Assembly: GCA_965655095.1 (NCBI GenBank)
Contig: OZ296656.1
Coordinates: forward strand, 59,644,001-59,708,000
Reading direction: 5' to 3'
DNA length: 64,000 bases
From: Haplodiscus bocki
Taxonomy: Eukaryota
Shown here: positions 51,000 to 64,000 of the stretch, in pieces
How the letters are laid out: each line of letters begins with the position of its first letter
How positions within the stretch are numbered: the first letter of the stretch is position 1
Notes under the pieces: model-generated
What the model was told of the DNA's origin: nothing
What the model saw: only the letters and a program-made list of their open reading frames with translations
Database searches by the model: none
Position numbers and translations under genes: made by a program

Positions 51000-53900
51000 T
51001 TTTGTCAAAATTTAACGAGAAGTAGTTCCATCGAAGCCAAGGAAAGGAAGTCTACGGCTACTACGACCGCAACAACTGTCAGGTCACTTCCACGACCTTT
51101 AGCCCAAAACCAGGTACTTCCACCATGGCCCTCCTCCACTGCATTGAACAACTCTGCAAACAGCCCATTCTCGTCCACAGGGTACAATTTGATGCGCAGT
51201 CCTACACATGGATGTGGAACAGCTCGCGTGGCACTCCAATCGTTACAACCTTCGGCCGCAAAGACGCCCCATATATAATTTCCTGGGCTTCTTGCTCGGC
51301 TCCCCCGATTTCTGGCTGGTACTCCACAGAACATGGCAGTCGCTCCTAATATTTGCCTCTCAGCTGCGCGGAATCAGGCTGCATTTCTATAGTACGCTGT
51401 CAGCAGCCGGGCAAATCGACTTCACTTTGTCTACTGAAGCCGTCAGGAGAGGTTATACGAAATACCACCACAATCTCAACGCGGTGCTAAAAGCTGTTCA
51501 GCAGCCACCGATCCATGAATTTCATGGTTTCTTGTGCCATATTAAAAACTCAGCCGGACTTCCCCACCTCACAAAGAAAACTGTGTTTACGAGTTTTATG
51601 GGTGATTTAAATGACGCGAGATTCCATTGGAGCTCCGAAAGTGGGAGATAGTGACGGTTGTTCATGCCCTAGCAATACTGATGGATTTGAAATTACTCGA
51701 GGAGGTCAAACGAAGAGAAACTTCTACGAATGGCGATATCTGTCAGCCTGAAGGCGATATCCATAGACCTGTGGGATCCCACAATAAATAAATGACGGAA
51801 TAACTTGTCTAAACCTCAACAGAACGAACCTCAAACGCCACACCAGAAAAACACCCAAGGAGGTAAACGCCAACAGAATGGCACCTCCTAGACAAAACCA
51901 ATCTGTCTTCACGTTCAAACAGTGTTGACTACCAAGTAAGACGAACAGTCCGTTTGGAAAAGAAGTCTATTCATGATACCAAGGACAAGCAACAGAAGCA
52001 AATGACGGAGATCAAACTCCGCGCGTTCAAATAATATTGGCTCGAAGAACAATAAGAGCAACGCCAAAGGACTTGAGCACACTGAAACAGCAACCATTAG
52101 TCTTCGGAAGAATGCACATCCTGTTTTAGATCTAGAAAATATGGGAAATTTTGGCAGCGGACGCTGAGACAATCTAAACAACAATTTTTACTGAAACTGT
52201 CATTGCCAGAAGGTCAACCTGCACAAAAAATTTCTTATAGGAGCCAGTGGACTTAGATGTTGAGTTGAGTAGGCGACCATCGAAGCGTGTTTGTTCAAAC
52301 AAAAGTTGTTGATCGCAGACTTGAAGGTATAGGCGTTTGAGGATTAAGTGTGTCTTGCCTAAAAAGTGAAAAATTTGATTGTTTCCGTCACAACGACTCC
52401 ACCGAAATTGACCGTTAATTTGCTCACCTTCAAGCTGCAAACTAAGTGCATATTGTTATTCAAGGTGCCCGAGGCTTGACTGCACAACCGTTTTCATACG
52501 CATTTAGTTGATCATAATTGATATATGTTCTGCCTAAATTGGAATTTGATCGCCTACTGACCTCACTTTTCTGGAAGGTCACAAAAATGATCCGCTCTTC
52601 GGCAGAAGAACTAAAGTTAATTCATGAGTCTTTTGTCCCCTTGTAGCTCAAAAAGTCAGTAGGTCAAATCGAAAAATGTTTTGAATCGTAATTTGTAACT
52701 AACCCAGAACTTCACATGATGACTATATAAGCTCCTAACCTGGAATCAAAGCGACCATCAATTGAAATTGCCGCCGTGTTTGTTTAATACCAACAGTTTG
52801 TACCGACTAATCAAATCATTCCTGTTAATGTTCAGCTCAGCATCGCCGAGGAGACGATACCAGTGACGATCAAAAAGTTTGAATATGAAGGTTTACTGAG
52901 CAGCAGATAACCACCATGGGACTTTCGAACTACGAGCAACCGAAAAAGTCTGAAAATCCCGTATCTAACAAACAGCCATTAGGTCAAGTATGAAGTGCAG
53001 CTCGCCATGAATTCCATTGAGACTGGTGTTCCGATGGCAGCAAGAGTGACGTTCTGTGATTTTTCTGACCAATTCTTCGTTATAATTTTCAGAAACGAGT
53101 GGAACAATTTTCAAACGCGAGTCGCTGCTCAGAAAAATGATATCCAACCCGTTTTCCGGCCGATCAAAAAATCCAACAGAAAAACATCCTTCCATTACAA
53201 AGTTAATCTTCAACAGAAGATTGACACTTTACTGCAAAGAGATCCCATTACACCATTTGATAAACCCTACAGCGCACAAGCACTGATGTTGCCGTAGAAA
53301 AACGTCAATCGACATCTGGGAATTGAATGCTGCCAAATGAGCAAACAAACAGACAACTGCTATTGGCGTACCTCTACAGTTCAAAACCTCTCCGACTAGT
53401 TTGAACAAAGTCAGTACATCATCGCAATTGCTAAGTAGTAGGGCCTCAACCAGCTCCTCATAACAAGACAAAACCACGACTTGAGTGTGTTTGGTAGGCC
53501 ACATGAATTGCTTCTGTTGGCTGGTGGTACTGCCCGGGGGATTTAGTGGCAATCGCAACACGCACCGAACGCTAAAAGAAAGGGTGTTGAAAGGCTATGC
53601 ATGAAAAAGTTGTCCCGTACTGAGATGATTGCATCTTCTACGCCAGAGTGGAAGTCTTCTGAAGGTTTTTTGATCTGAAGGTCTTTTGAGGGGATTTTTG
53701 AAACAAAACCCAACCAAGGGTGAACTTTTTTGAGACTGTGTTCACTTCCCTGGCCGTAAACTTGCCAAATGCGCTTCGAGGTTGATCCCAGCCAAAGTTT
53801 TGCTGTCAAAACCTTCCCATACGGAAAAGTTTGACCGAAATCAAGTCTTCTCTGGGACTTTTTTCTCAATGCGGACGCTAGGTTGAAGTTCCGACGAGAA

Positions 53901-56900
53901 AGCTAGACCTCCCTAGAATGTGAAAGAACGAAAAATTTTCGATAACTTTACACCCGATGCTCGAGCAGCGTTTCATGCCTTGATGTCTAGGTTTTTGACT
54001 ACACCCACTTCTACTTTCTCATAGTTGAAAAAGCCCACAGATGCTAGCCTAACGTTTACGGGAGCAGTTTTCGCGCAGTTTCAAAATGGACAGGGTTGCG
54101 CTATCTGCTGCGCATCAAAAACTTTGGGAAGCCCAGGCCTGGTAAGTAACTTCCAACAAGAAACGAAGTAACAGCAGTTGAAACTTTCACGCACCACTAC
54201 AGCCCCCACTTGACTAGTCAGAAGCTTACTATCAACACAATTTACAATGCTTTCCAATTCCCGGACGACTTCATTGACCTTGATGCATTCACGACTGGGT
54301 GACTGGTGAAATTTGGTGCCTTCAACCTCGACGCCGTCCGCCCACACGGCAAATATAGGGGTACGCAAATGAAATGTCAAGACCGCCACGCAGGATCTCC
54401 AGGTCCATCAAACAACAAAATTTTGACGCAAAGAAGACAGATACAGAGCAGGAAACGCCTAATCGAGACTACAAAGTTTTTCCAAAATCAGGAATGTCCA
54501 ACACTGGAAAGCTCAAAATGCTGTCTCAGAGCCAATTGCGTATATCACCCACTGCATCATCGCAGCCGACTTTAAAAGGGGAACATGAACTTTGTGAGTC
54601 TTTAAGTGACGCTTCCCAGCATTTTTTCCTGACAATGATACTATCCCTCGCAATACCATCCCTCTTCTGGTGAGAATTGATGGAGATATCGCAAAACTCT
54701 CTGTCTCATCTCTTCATCACAGTTAGTTTCTTCTGCAGACCGACCCAAAAAAACAAGCTTGTTTTTACAAGCTAGAGAGCATAGTGTTCGGAGAATTAGT
54801 GTTCCCTGCAATTGCATGCGCCAAAAAGGATGCAACTTCTATATGCGCAAATGAATAAAAATTCAAGTAATGAATAAAAATGTTCACCAGCAAAAAATAT
54901 TGAAAACGCTGTCCCTATGAAGACTTTAAGGAATTTGTAAAATGAAAAATAGAAACAGCTGTTTTCAATAGTAATGCAGTCGCAGAAGAATCTTCAGGTG
55001 AAACCCAAAACCCGGCTTCTTTATAGTCCGTCCAAAATATCGAACATAGCCTGAATTCCTTTAATCAATGGATTTCACTCGGAGGATACCCACACTGCCT
55101 AGAGCTGCAAGGACTACCACTGTAAATTTGGCAGTTAGCCAACGAAGTTAGCAGTTCAACAATAATCAATGGTGTTTTGTTCAGAAACATTGCCCACAGA
55201 GGACGATTACCGCATTACCAGCGGGCTAGTTCACGCAAGTTTTATATCTCAACTCCTGACCTCATTACACTCATACATTACTGGAGATCACTTCGGAATC
55301 TTCCAAACTGTAGAAAAAATGTTCTTGAAAGCTTTTGCGGGCCAGGTTTCCTGAAAGACATCAAAGTGTTCATCAGCCGTTATACAATATGTCAAAAAGA
55401 TAATCCGTTCGAAAAACAACCTTTTTTTACGGAAAATTTTCATCCATGTATTCTTTTTCATACTTTCATAAATTCGGCATTGAACTTTTAGTATCACTGC
55501 CAACGTTGAATGGCTATCGCCACTTCTCTTTGAATGGTTATATTTGCAGCGAGTTGCATGAAGCCCTTCCACAACCCGACCCTACCACCTTCACCACAGT
55601 AACAGCCGTTCTCGAACGTTGGAGATACCATTTCGAATGCCCGCACAGCGTTCAAACGATCAAAGTCGCAGTTCTGGATCAAAGTTTTTTAAACCACTCA
55701 GTTGTGCACTGCAGGTCAACAGAACTCAAAAAACAGCTTCCAGCGGTCTTGGGTCAAACGCAGTGGTTGAACACATGAACTGCATGTTGCAAGCAATGTC
55801 AACCGAAAGCGTTGAAATTGAACGAAGTATCAGGCAAGGTTAGCTAGCGTATGTTTTGACTATCGAACTTCAGTGGATGAATGAATCCCTTGGATACACG
55901 ATTCAATTACTTGTATAGGGTCAAAATTCTATCGGCCTATTGACTCGCATTCCGATCAATTCGCCATATTCTAACGTTTATGAATACATGTTTGCTAGAT
56001 GAGGCAACTTTCAAAAGGTATACAGTGAAGGATTTGGCACCTTTGGCAGTCAAAGTGACTGAAAAAGGAGCGAGGATAAACTTTTTACCGAAGTGGAAGC
56101 CATGAACATACTTATCGAGTGGAGCAAAAAGTCTTACTCGCCAACCCTACAGTCAGTGTGGGAAATTGAATAAACTTTTTTGCCCATGCCGTTACGTCAC
56201 TTTAAGATGATTCAACGATGTGATATCGGATGCGAAAACCCGCTACTCTCAAAGATCTCGTTCATTAAGAATGTCTTAAAATGTTTCTAAAATCCGCCCT
56301 AGCCTTCAAAGTCTCCATTGCAGAAATTAGAAAATTGATGAACAATTTTTCACTGGAACCCCATCAGCATAAGCCAGTCCTTTCGGTGTACGATCGCAAT
56401 TAGTGCACGTGGCACTCTCGTACCCAAAAGTCCAACCAGAAACAACTTGTGAAGGAGATGTCGCGTATGTAAGCGAAACTTTTTTTCCTCCGGCGTCCGT
56501 AGCGGCAACAACCGGCAAAAGTCGTATAACAGAAGACAGTCCCCTGACCCTTTCTAGCTCACGATCGACAGTGTCCTTTCCATCATGGATAAAATCACAC
56601 ACAGAAGGCAACGGCACAGAGCATTCAGCATTTACACTCCCCAACAGCTGCAGTCGCTATTCCGCTCACCTAATCACTTGAATTGTGTCAAAGTGTTGCA
56701 AGCAGTTGTCAACTGAACAGCTTGCCAATCGAGACGACGGTTTTGTGAAAAAGTTGACAATCCTGCCGTTATACTCCAGTTTGACCAGCTTTCTACCGCC
56801 ACATCAATTTCATCTCGGCTCAATCTTCGACGTGGATGGCAAAATAGAACAAAAATCAGAAGCTGTGGAATGTCAAACTTTCACCAGACTCACTAAATTT

Positions 56901-59440
56901 CAATTAACTTGGAGGCAAATTAAAGAAACTCCCTCCTTCATCCTAATCTTTCTCCTTACACTTTTTAGCAAATTTCTCCTATTTGAAATCTTCAATAAGT
57001 TTAGGGATTCAACCTGTTCAACTACTCTTTATGTAAAACACCATTTCCACTGCGAAACGATCTTCGACCAACCTCGATGTTTTTCCTTTGCAAAGACGCT
57101 GCTTCCCTTTTTCAAAATAAAACCTTAAATTCCGAGAGTGAGGGCAAAATTGGAGTCCTGCCCACTCCCTAAGATACCCGATGTTGATCCAACTGGAATT
57201 GAAAAACTGGTGACGGTAGCCAGGAACCAAATCATAGACTTTGGTCAAATATATGCACATACTCGATGCGATTCAGCCAACTTTAATGAGACCTACGAGC
57301 TATTAATGGCCGAATGGACCAATCACTTGGACTTGATCGAACTAGAGATGAAACAAATCACTGAAACACAGTATGCTCTCTGAGACGTGACGTGGTTGGT
57401 GTTACGTCGGCAGAATCCGAAAGAGGCGGCAAGTACTCCCACGAACCAAATTATCAGTTGGCACTATCGCCGCCAGTGCCCAGTGCAGCAGGTGCCGGAT
57501 GGATTTTTGAGGACCCCTTGAAAGAAGCTGCTTCTGAAGTTGTCGCCAATTTTTACCGGTAAGACTTCAAGAGCACCCTACCACAGAAAAGTGACAAAAA
57601 TATCAAAGCCCGAGAAGAAACTGTTGCCACCTTGCAAAGAGTAAAATCAATAAACAAAGAAAACTTCCTTTCACTGGGGAAGGAAAGCAATGAGACACGA
57701 CGGTCGCCAAATGTCTAGGAGATGCAGTAGGTTACTGTTTGAATACCGCAATCAAAAACGTGCAGGGATTCCAGGGCCAAATGTCCCTATACACCGAGTG
57801 TTTTAGGATACAAACGCAAAATCTTCTTGCTCGCTCAGGAAACTATATACTTCTTTGCTTATATGGTTCTTGGCACAAATAAACCAAGCGTTACCGAGCT
57901 ACTGTTTCTTCCAATGCGCTCAACTTGCTCTCTGCCAATTGCTCCCATCACTGTTCGAAGACCTCCTTAAGTTTTTTTACCACCGAGGCTACCGACTTTG
58001 TTAATGCGCTGACTGAAGAATAGAACTAAGGTATTGAGAAACTCACCATCGCCATTCAGCGGGGCTTGGAAGTTGTGTACTATGGACTTCATCCGATTCA
58101 GAAGTAACGTTGATCGTATGCGGCAATCAAACTGTTTTCGGTGTCTCCAAAGACACCAAATCATTCGCTTTGACAACAAAAAATGCGAGCCCGCTGATAC
58201 ACGTAAACAATGACAATATAAATGCAAAACTGTTCCAGCTTACAAAACTAATCCTAGCCACTGCTGAGGCTACGCTGACATCGATACACAAGCCAGCAGA
58301 ATTGCAACAATGCTCGGGTAGCAAATGCATGAAAAAACGTCGCAAAAGGTACTCGGTGACAACTGATGACTATCCCCTCCTCCAGAACTCTCTGCTTTTT
58401 AGCCATACCACCTCCGCATCGCGGGATATCCCACTAACTCTGTCCTTTCGCCGGACTTCCCACGGACTGTTTACATGGTTGAGGGTACAGATCGTGTCAC
58501 GTCTTGGGTGCTGCTTCTCCTTATAAGGAACGCCAGTGACATTGACGGCGTAACATTCTCGCTAACTCTACGGCAAGCATAAAATTTACTATGTTCTCTC
58601 ACAATTGAAAAGGGCAATCTTTTGCCCGAGCCCGATATAGATTACTCCTCAGCGAACCGCGAGTTTCATTTCGTAGCTTCATCGCTCAAAAGTCTCCAAA
58701 CAAGTCATCAAGACTTTTGGCACGCTAAGTTTGTATTTCATACCCCTCATCGAGTTAATGCCACCACTCTGTCGTCATTAGCGTCAGCATGGAGTTAGTG
58801 GTCTTACCTATCGTGCAACGCATGTCTCCAACCTTCATTGTTTGTTCAGCACGACCCATTGCCAAACACTATTCGTCAATTTCTCCAGCAATATCATATT
58901 GAAGAAAGTACAAAATCTTCGTAATATTGTCGTCCTTGACGAGTAAGTGGCGTTCAGTGGCATTCTTGATGCATTTGTCCGGATGGAAATGACATTCTCA
59001 CTGACGTATTGAAACGGGAAAATCGATGGTAAAAAAGAGTGAAGATGTGATGTTAAAATTGAGAACGGTTTGTTCGGACTCTGATCACATAATTATCAAC
59101 TACGACAAGAGAATCGTTTCTTCAACGTCATCTTCTTTCGGCGCCGAAATTATACATGTCCCAGTGCAATTCTCGGATATTTACTATGATCCAGTCAGCG
59201 ACTCATCATCTTTTTCTTCTCTTCTTCGTCTTACTAAAGCTCCTTTCCAGCGCAGCGATTCTCCGTTGTCTCGACACCATCTTGTTCCACCACAGTTCTA
59301 TGCGTCCCTCGACTGCCATCAATCTTCAGACGTGGCAACTGATTTAATCCCGGAGCCCATTAGCTATTGTGTGTGTGAAGTTCCTTCCCCGTCCGACCTC
59401 CGTGATTTCAACTATGCCTCTACACAGTGGAATTGTGGTG
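51000..59440 (+). mobile_element. Decayed full-architecture env-bearing Ty3/Gypsy retroelement 2 (gag-PR-RT-RH-IN-env)
   Basis: RT PYSAQALMLP (53265-53295). RNase H TDAS (54038) and ICCASK. Integrase LHSYITGDHFGIFQT..GPGFLKDIKVFISRYTICQK and FGIELLVSLP..EALPQPD..ERWRYHFECPHSV (55265-55655). Env from ~56800. Confidence 0.9.
56800..59400 (+). pseudogene. env-like fusion glycoprotein of element 2 (disrupted)
   Basis: PRTKLSVGTIAA..SAAGAGWIFEDPLKEAA (57439-57535): eroded RxKR site plus fusion-peptide-like segment homologous to element 1; later KRYRA and LTIAI..VYY blocks. Confidence 0.65.
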
Positions 59441-60820
59441 CAGAGGTATCAACAATGACATTTTTGAAAAACGGTGTCTGATTTTTAACTGATATTTTTC
59501 AAAACTGTATAGATACATGTAATTCTGCATATGCTGATAATCCATCTAATTCTTGTAGTACACATAGATTTACAGGGAATGCTAATTTGAAATACAAAGT
59601 AAAATTAGATTTTATAACCCCCGACAAACTCAGATTATTATTTGAAAATATCAGGAGAGGTGGCTCTTTATCCGTAATGGGAAATCATCATCTAAAACGA
59701 AATGATGCAAAAAAATTTTTTGGACAAGTAACAATTTATATGGGAGAAGTGTTTGTCAATTTTTATTAACAGGAAACCTAGGTGAGAATGAGATTACTGA
59801 AACATACAATGATAAAATATTTTAAAAATATTTAGATACTACAGGTAACCATAAAGGTGAAAGCATAACAGAATGTGCATTAGAATACCCACCAGTAATA
59901 TATTGAAAAACCAAACATTATCCTTTTGTGCAAAGAAAAAAATAATCACAACAAATAGTTTTTCAGCTTTTACGATAGAATTTGAATCATTGCGAAAAAA
60001 CTCAATGGAAACTGAAAAAGGATCAAACAACGAAACGAAATTCTATATTACAAGGGAGAGATTTAGGATTTTATACAAAAAACGAAATGAAAGTTATAAA
60101 ACCACAGACTCTATCGAATCAGACAATTAGCATGGCTTGAAAAAAAAAATATAACACAGAAAAAAAGTTAAACGAAAAACCAAATTTTAAATTTTTTCAC
60201 AATTAAGAATTAAAGCCGTTTTTGGAAAATTCTTAAATGAAAATTGAGAAAACCCTCAAGGGTTGATTTGGTAGATAAAAAGGACAGACAGGAAAACTTT
60301 ATTTGACAATCAAAATTAACATTTATTGAAAAATTGGCGATTATCAAATTTTTTAAATTCATTCATCAAAGAAAAGAAGTTTTCAACAAACTTGTTCTTG
60401 CAGGATTTTGTATATTAGAACTATCAAGATTAGTAAGGTGTCTGTGGTATTGTTGTAAAACACTCCCTTGTTTTGTGGTGAAGATAATATAGAGTTACTA
60501 CTTATGGATGCAGATTGATTTGTTTTTTCATTTACCCCCAATAATTTTTTGGAACTTGAGTTAGATGAACCAGTATCTTCCAGGAGTAATTCTTATATTG
60601 TTAAAAAACCATCAAATCCAAATGAATTAAAACACAAAGGGATACAATCACATGTTAAAAACACTTTAGAAGATTATAAAAACTCTTTACGAAAAAATAA
60701 AAGCAAATGTGGAGTTCATTTATTTTGAGAATTACCAAACATGAGATTTTAGGGTTAGACAACCAAGAAAAACTTTATATATGTTTGATTAAAAAAGATA
60801 CTATATTATTAAAATTGAAA
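59440..60820 (+). pseudogene. Polinton/adintovirus protein-primed DNA polymerase B, C-terminal half (disrupted)
   Basis: LTDIFQNCIDTC, ENIRRGG.SVMG, A(V)FGK, FNKLVLAGFCILELSRL (cf. KPIYxGFxILELSKL), LMDAD (cf. YxDTDS). Confidence 0.82.
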
Positions 60821-61689
60821 TTGTGCCAAAACGTCCTTGTAAAGCTCGACAATAATCCAATCCTCAAATGTTCACAGAACCGCCAGCACTTTTAATTGTG
60901 TTTTATGCCAACCCTCCAAAAAACGAACAAGCCAGTAAAAAACGGTTCTATTTAACATAGATGTTATCTGGAGTGTGAATTTTTTTTAAATTTAAATGGT
61001 CATTGACCGAAAAATTATGAAAATACATTCTGGTATAAATTGATATTTTTAGCAAACTTGGATGGACAGTGCCCTTGAAAGAAGAAATTTCCAAGAAATA
61101 ACAGATTCATTTCAAAACAGTCCCAATTCTTCAAAAAAATCAAGTTTCATTGAGACAGATGTTGGAAAAGAAATTGAAAACGAAATTGTTACTGATTTCT
61201 TTAAGCAAAAACAATAAATATAGATATATTGGGTATAACTCATGAGTTTTTCACCAAAAAGTATGATAGAACCTTTAGAGATCTCATGAAGAAACTTGTT
61301 TTCAAGAAAAGTACAGGAAAATGGTTCGATGAACTAAATGTAGAAAAAAAATAGAAATAGAACACACTCTTCAACTAATTTAACACTATTTCAAGCACCT
61401 TCGAAAAAGAAGTAGGGAAATGTTTACAAAATTTTATTCTCCGAGAGAAAAGACAAAACCAAAACATAATTGAGGAGATTAGGTTCGGACTGCAGACAAA
61501 AAAAATGTTTTGTTTTCTAAAGATGACACAGCAAATTGGTCCCATAATTTCTACAAAAACACAGAAACTATTGATGATACAACAACAACTTATCAAATAA
61601 ATCATTTAACTGAGAGAAATAACGAAGCTTCACTGAAAAAGACCGAATTGACAATGAAAGAAAAGGAGAATGCACTGAAATATTCACAA

Positions 61690-62950
61690 TTATATCGAAT
61701 CAAAATATCGCTGTCCCATGCTACTAATTGAGATTTTTTCTGTTAGTAGAAGAGCATGTAAAACTATTTTAGCAGACACAATTGGATCAAATTTGAAAAT
61801 AAGTTTTATAAGTTGTGCAGAAGAAAATTTTTTCGTATCGTATAACATAAACAAAAACGTATAAACAAAATAGTCAGTAATACTACCAGCAGGATTGACC
61901 ATATTAATTTTGAAATCTTCTTGTGATACATGTGGTTGAAGTATATCACCTTTTAGCAATATTTTAAAGAAAGATACATGTTAACCAAAACCTTGACAAA
62001 ATTCAGCTTGACAGTATTAAAAAATTATACCAGGCTCACTGTATTCATCAGTTCCGACAATACATTGACCAAACGTTATTAGTGGTCTATAGAAGTTATC
62101 GATATTTAGTTCTCGATTGCTTAAGCTGTTCTCTTTTGAAATCCTACTATAACATGAAAAAAGTTTGCCAGTTCCAGCGTTAACAACTAATGCAAAGTCC
62201 GATTAACTTCAGTGCACAAGTTTTTTCAAAAACTCATCTTCTGTTATTAAAAAAGTCACAAAGAATTTCAGAAAAAGATGATCATTCATCAAATCTTGTT
62301 GGAATAAATTTTGTTTTCTAATAATGTACATAACAATTGCACGTGTTTATGGTAAATTGCCGAACTGCAGATTTTTTACCTAATACAACGCTATCAATTT
62401 TTCGTTTCATTGGTAATTCATATCCCAGTCCAAATGTAGTTCTCTCCCGATATTCAGCAAAAACAGAAACATCCTTTAATGAAATCCTCATATTAAATTT
62501 ACATTGATTCCTTTTTGAAATTGAATATTCAACCACCGGACTGGCAAATTTGCGTTGAAAACCGAAAGACGAATCACCTTACCCTCTGCGTGATGTTTAT
62601 ATTTGATACATTAAACAATCTATATGAACGTATTCAAATTTTTTAAAATTCTCTTCCACTACAAGTTGATCTTCTATTTTAACAAAATGAAGCAAAGAGG
62701 CTTAATTTACCTAATCTTATACTGTTGGCAGCTGAAATATATCACTAGTCCTATCGACTTTCACATTAAAGTCTAATTCAAGACAACTGTCGTTTAGAGA
62801 TATTACTACTTCTTCTCTTGCTTCATCAATAAAAACGTGCTCGTTTGCTGCGTTTATTTTAGCAAACGACTGTCAGCCATAACGAAAACATTCATAATTA
62901 AGGATTGGCTTATATATTAAAAATTTCGAAAAAACAGTATTTTTTTCATT
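61690..62950 (-). pseudogene. Polinton/adintovirus putative major capsid protein (disrupted)
   Basis: REEVVISLNDSCLELDF, RISLKDVSVFAEY..TFGLGYEL, GDILQPHVS..DF, ALLLTEKISISSMGQRYF; size, and position next to PolB, fit a capsid gene. Assignment is from recalled motifs. Confidence 0.6.
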
Positions 62951-62959
62951 TCAAAATTG

Positions 62960-64000
62960 ACTAAAAAATTTACTGTGCTAAGTTTTGGTAATATATTTGT
63001 GTTCAAGTAGTTTATAATCCTTGGCTACACTTTCATCGTCAAATGTTTTTGTTTAGTTCTCACCTTGTTTTCCTTGGTTTATTAGGTTCAATCCATTAAA
63101 TAATTCTTCTGGATTGTCTGTTAAAAAGTGTATCCTGAAGCAGATTTTTCAATTCCCCTGTTATAATTGTCTTTATCACAAGAATCATAAAAGTCAACAA
63201 TTTCATCACTTCGCCAGTTTCCAACTTTACTCTCCAGGTCATCAAATTTTTCCTCCTTCTCGGGTGTCAATGCAAGTTATTTTTCAACAAAGATAAAACA
63301 GTTTTTCTCTATTAGTTTTCTTTTTACGATAAAGTTTGAAACTACTTTGAACCCAAAAACGGTTGAATATTTCAAAATCTTCACAAATTTTTTCTATTGA
63401 ATTTCATATCAGTCATCATATCTAAAGGATCACCTTCCATTTGAAAAACTTTTCCAGTTTCCGTAAAAAAAAAGATTTTTAAAGATAAATTCATCTGTCT
63501 CAATTTCTTTTTGACAACTTTTTGAAAAATAATGATCTTTTTCATTTTTTGCACTAGGATTAGTATCAAGTTTTATTACAAACTGAGACTTATTCAGAAA
63601 AGTTTATTTTTCATTATTTTTTTCCTTTTACCGTTCTTTATTGAAAAGTTTAGCTAGCCGGTTTGGATACCCTTCACTGAGTTTTTTGAAGAGTTTTTGT
63701 GCAGTAGCTAAAGCATTAATTTTCCACGGTATAGCTTTGTTATTACCTACAATTGCTTCAACTGCTGTCCTGGAATCCTAAACTAAAATTTCTTTTGTAT
63801 CAGCAACTTGGTTCAAAAAATCTTTTGCCTGCTATTGACAATCCAGTTTAACTAATTTGTGTCGTAATCGTATTTATTTCATTTCCCATTGTGATTTGGC
63901 TAACGTTTTTAAAGCTGTTCTCTCTTCTTCAAATTTTTTTTACAACATTTTCTTACACAAAAAAATCAAATCAGTGTAAAATCCTAAAAAGAATCTGTTT
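62960..64000 (-). pseudogene. Conserved Polinton/adintovirus hypothetical gene, C-terminal part
   Basis: NPEELFNGLNLINQGKQGEN..KLLEHKYI resembles the DPNELxxRLxLLxxxxxAGN motif seen in these elements. Confidence 0.55.

Noticed and set aside
1-64000. Most of the 60-200 aa ORFs in the supplied track
   Set aside because: They are chance ORFs or fragments of decayed elements; many start at TTG/GTG, which is not meaningful in this eukaryotic DNA.

Overview
AT-rich, repeat-dominated metazoan DNA with no intact long ORF. Most of the window is decayed, partly nested mobile elements. LTR retroelements: two clear env-bearing Ty3/Gypsy relics (about 9.3-15.3 kb and 51-59.4 kb), a probable third at 1-3.6 kb, a rearranged Gypsy pol relic, a BEL/Pao 5' fragment, and two ~1.7-kb solo LTRs with TG..CA ends and target-site duplications. 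Other elements: LINE relics, an internally deleted hAT element, Helentron/DINE-like repeats, tRNA-derived repeats and two Polinton/adintovirus-like relics. The only plausible live host gene is a small spliced gene for a putative secreted protein (exons 19907-20175 and 27217-27254, perhaps 30925 onward). Most notable: a decayed intronless ORC1/CDC6-like AAA+ module inside that gene's intron; an LTR family with an internal ORF and a perfectly conserved hairpin; three env-like fusion genes in elements of different completeness; and an 8-unit ~176-bp degenerate array. All protein calls come from manual motif reading across stops and frameshifts, with no database search, so boundaries are approximate unless termini are quoted. 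I found no intact, demonstrably novel system.
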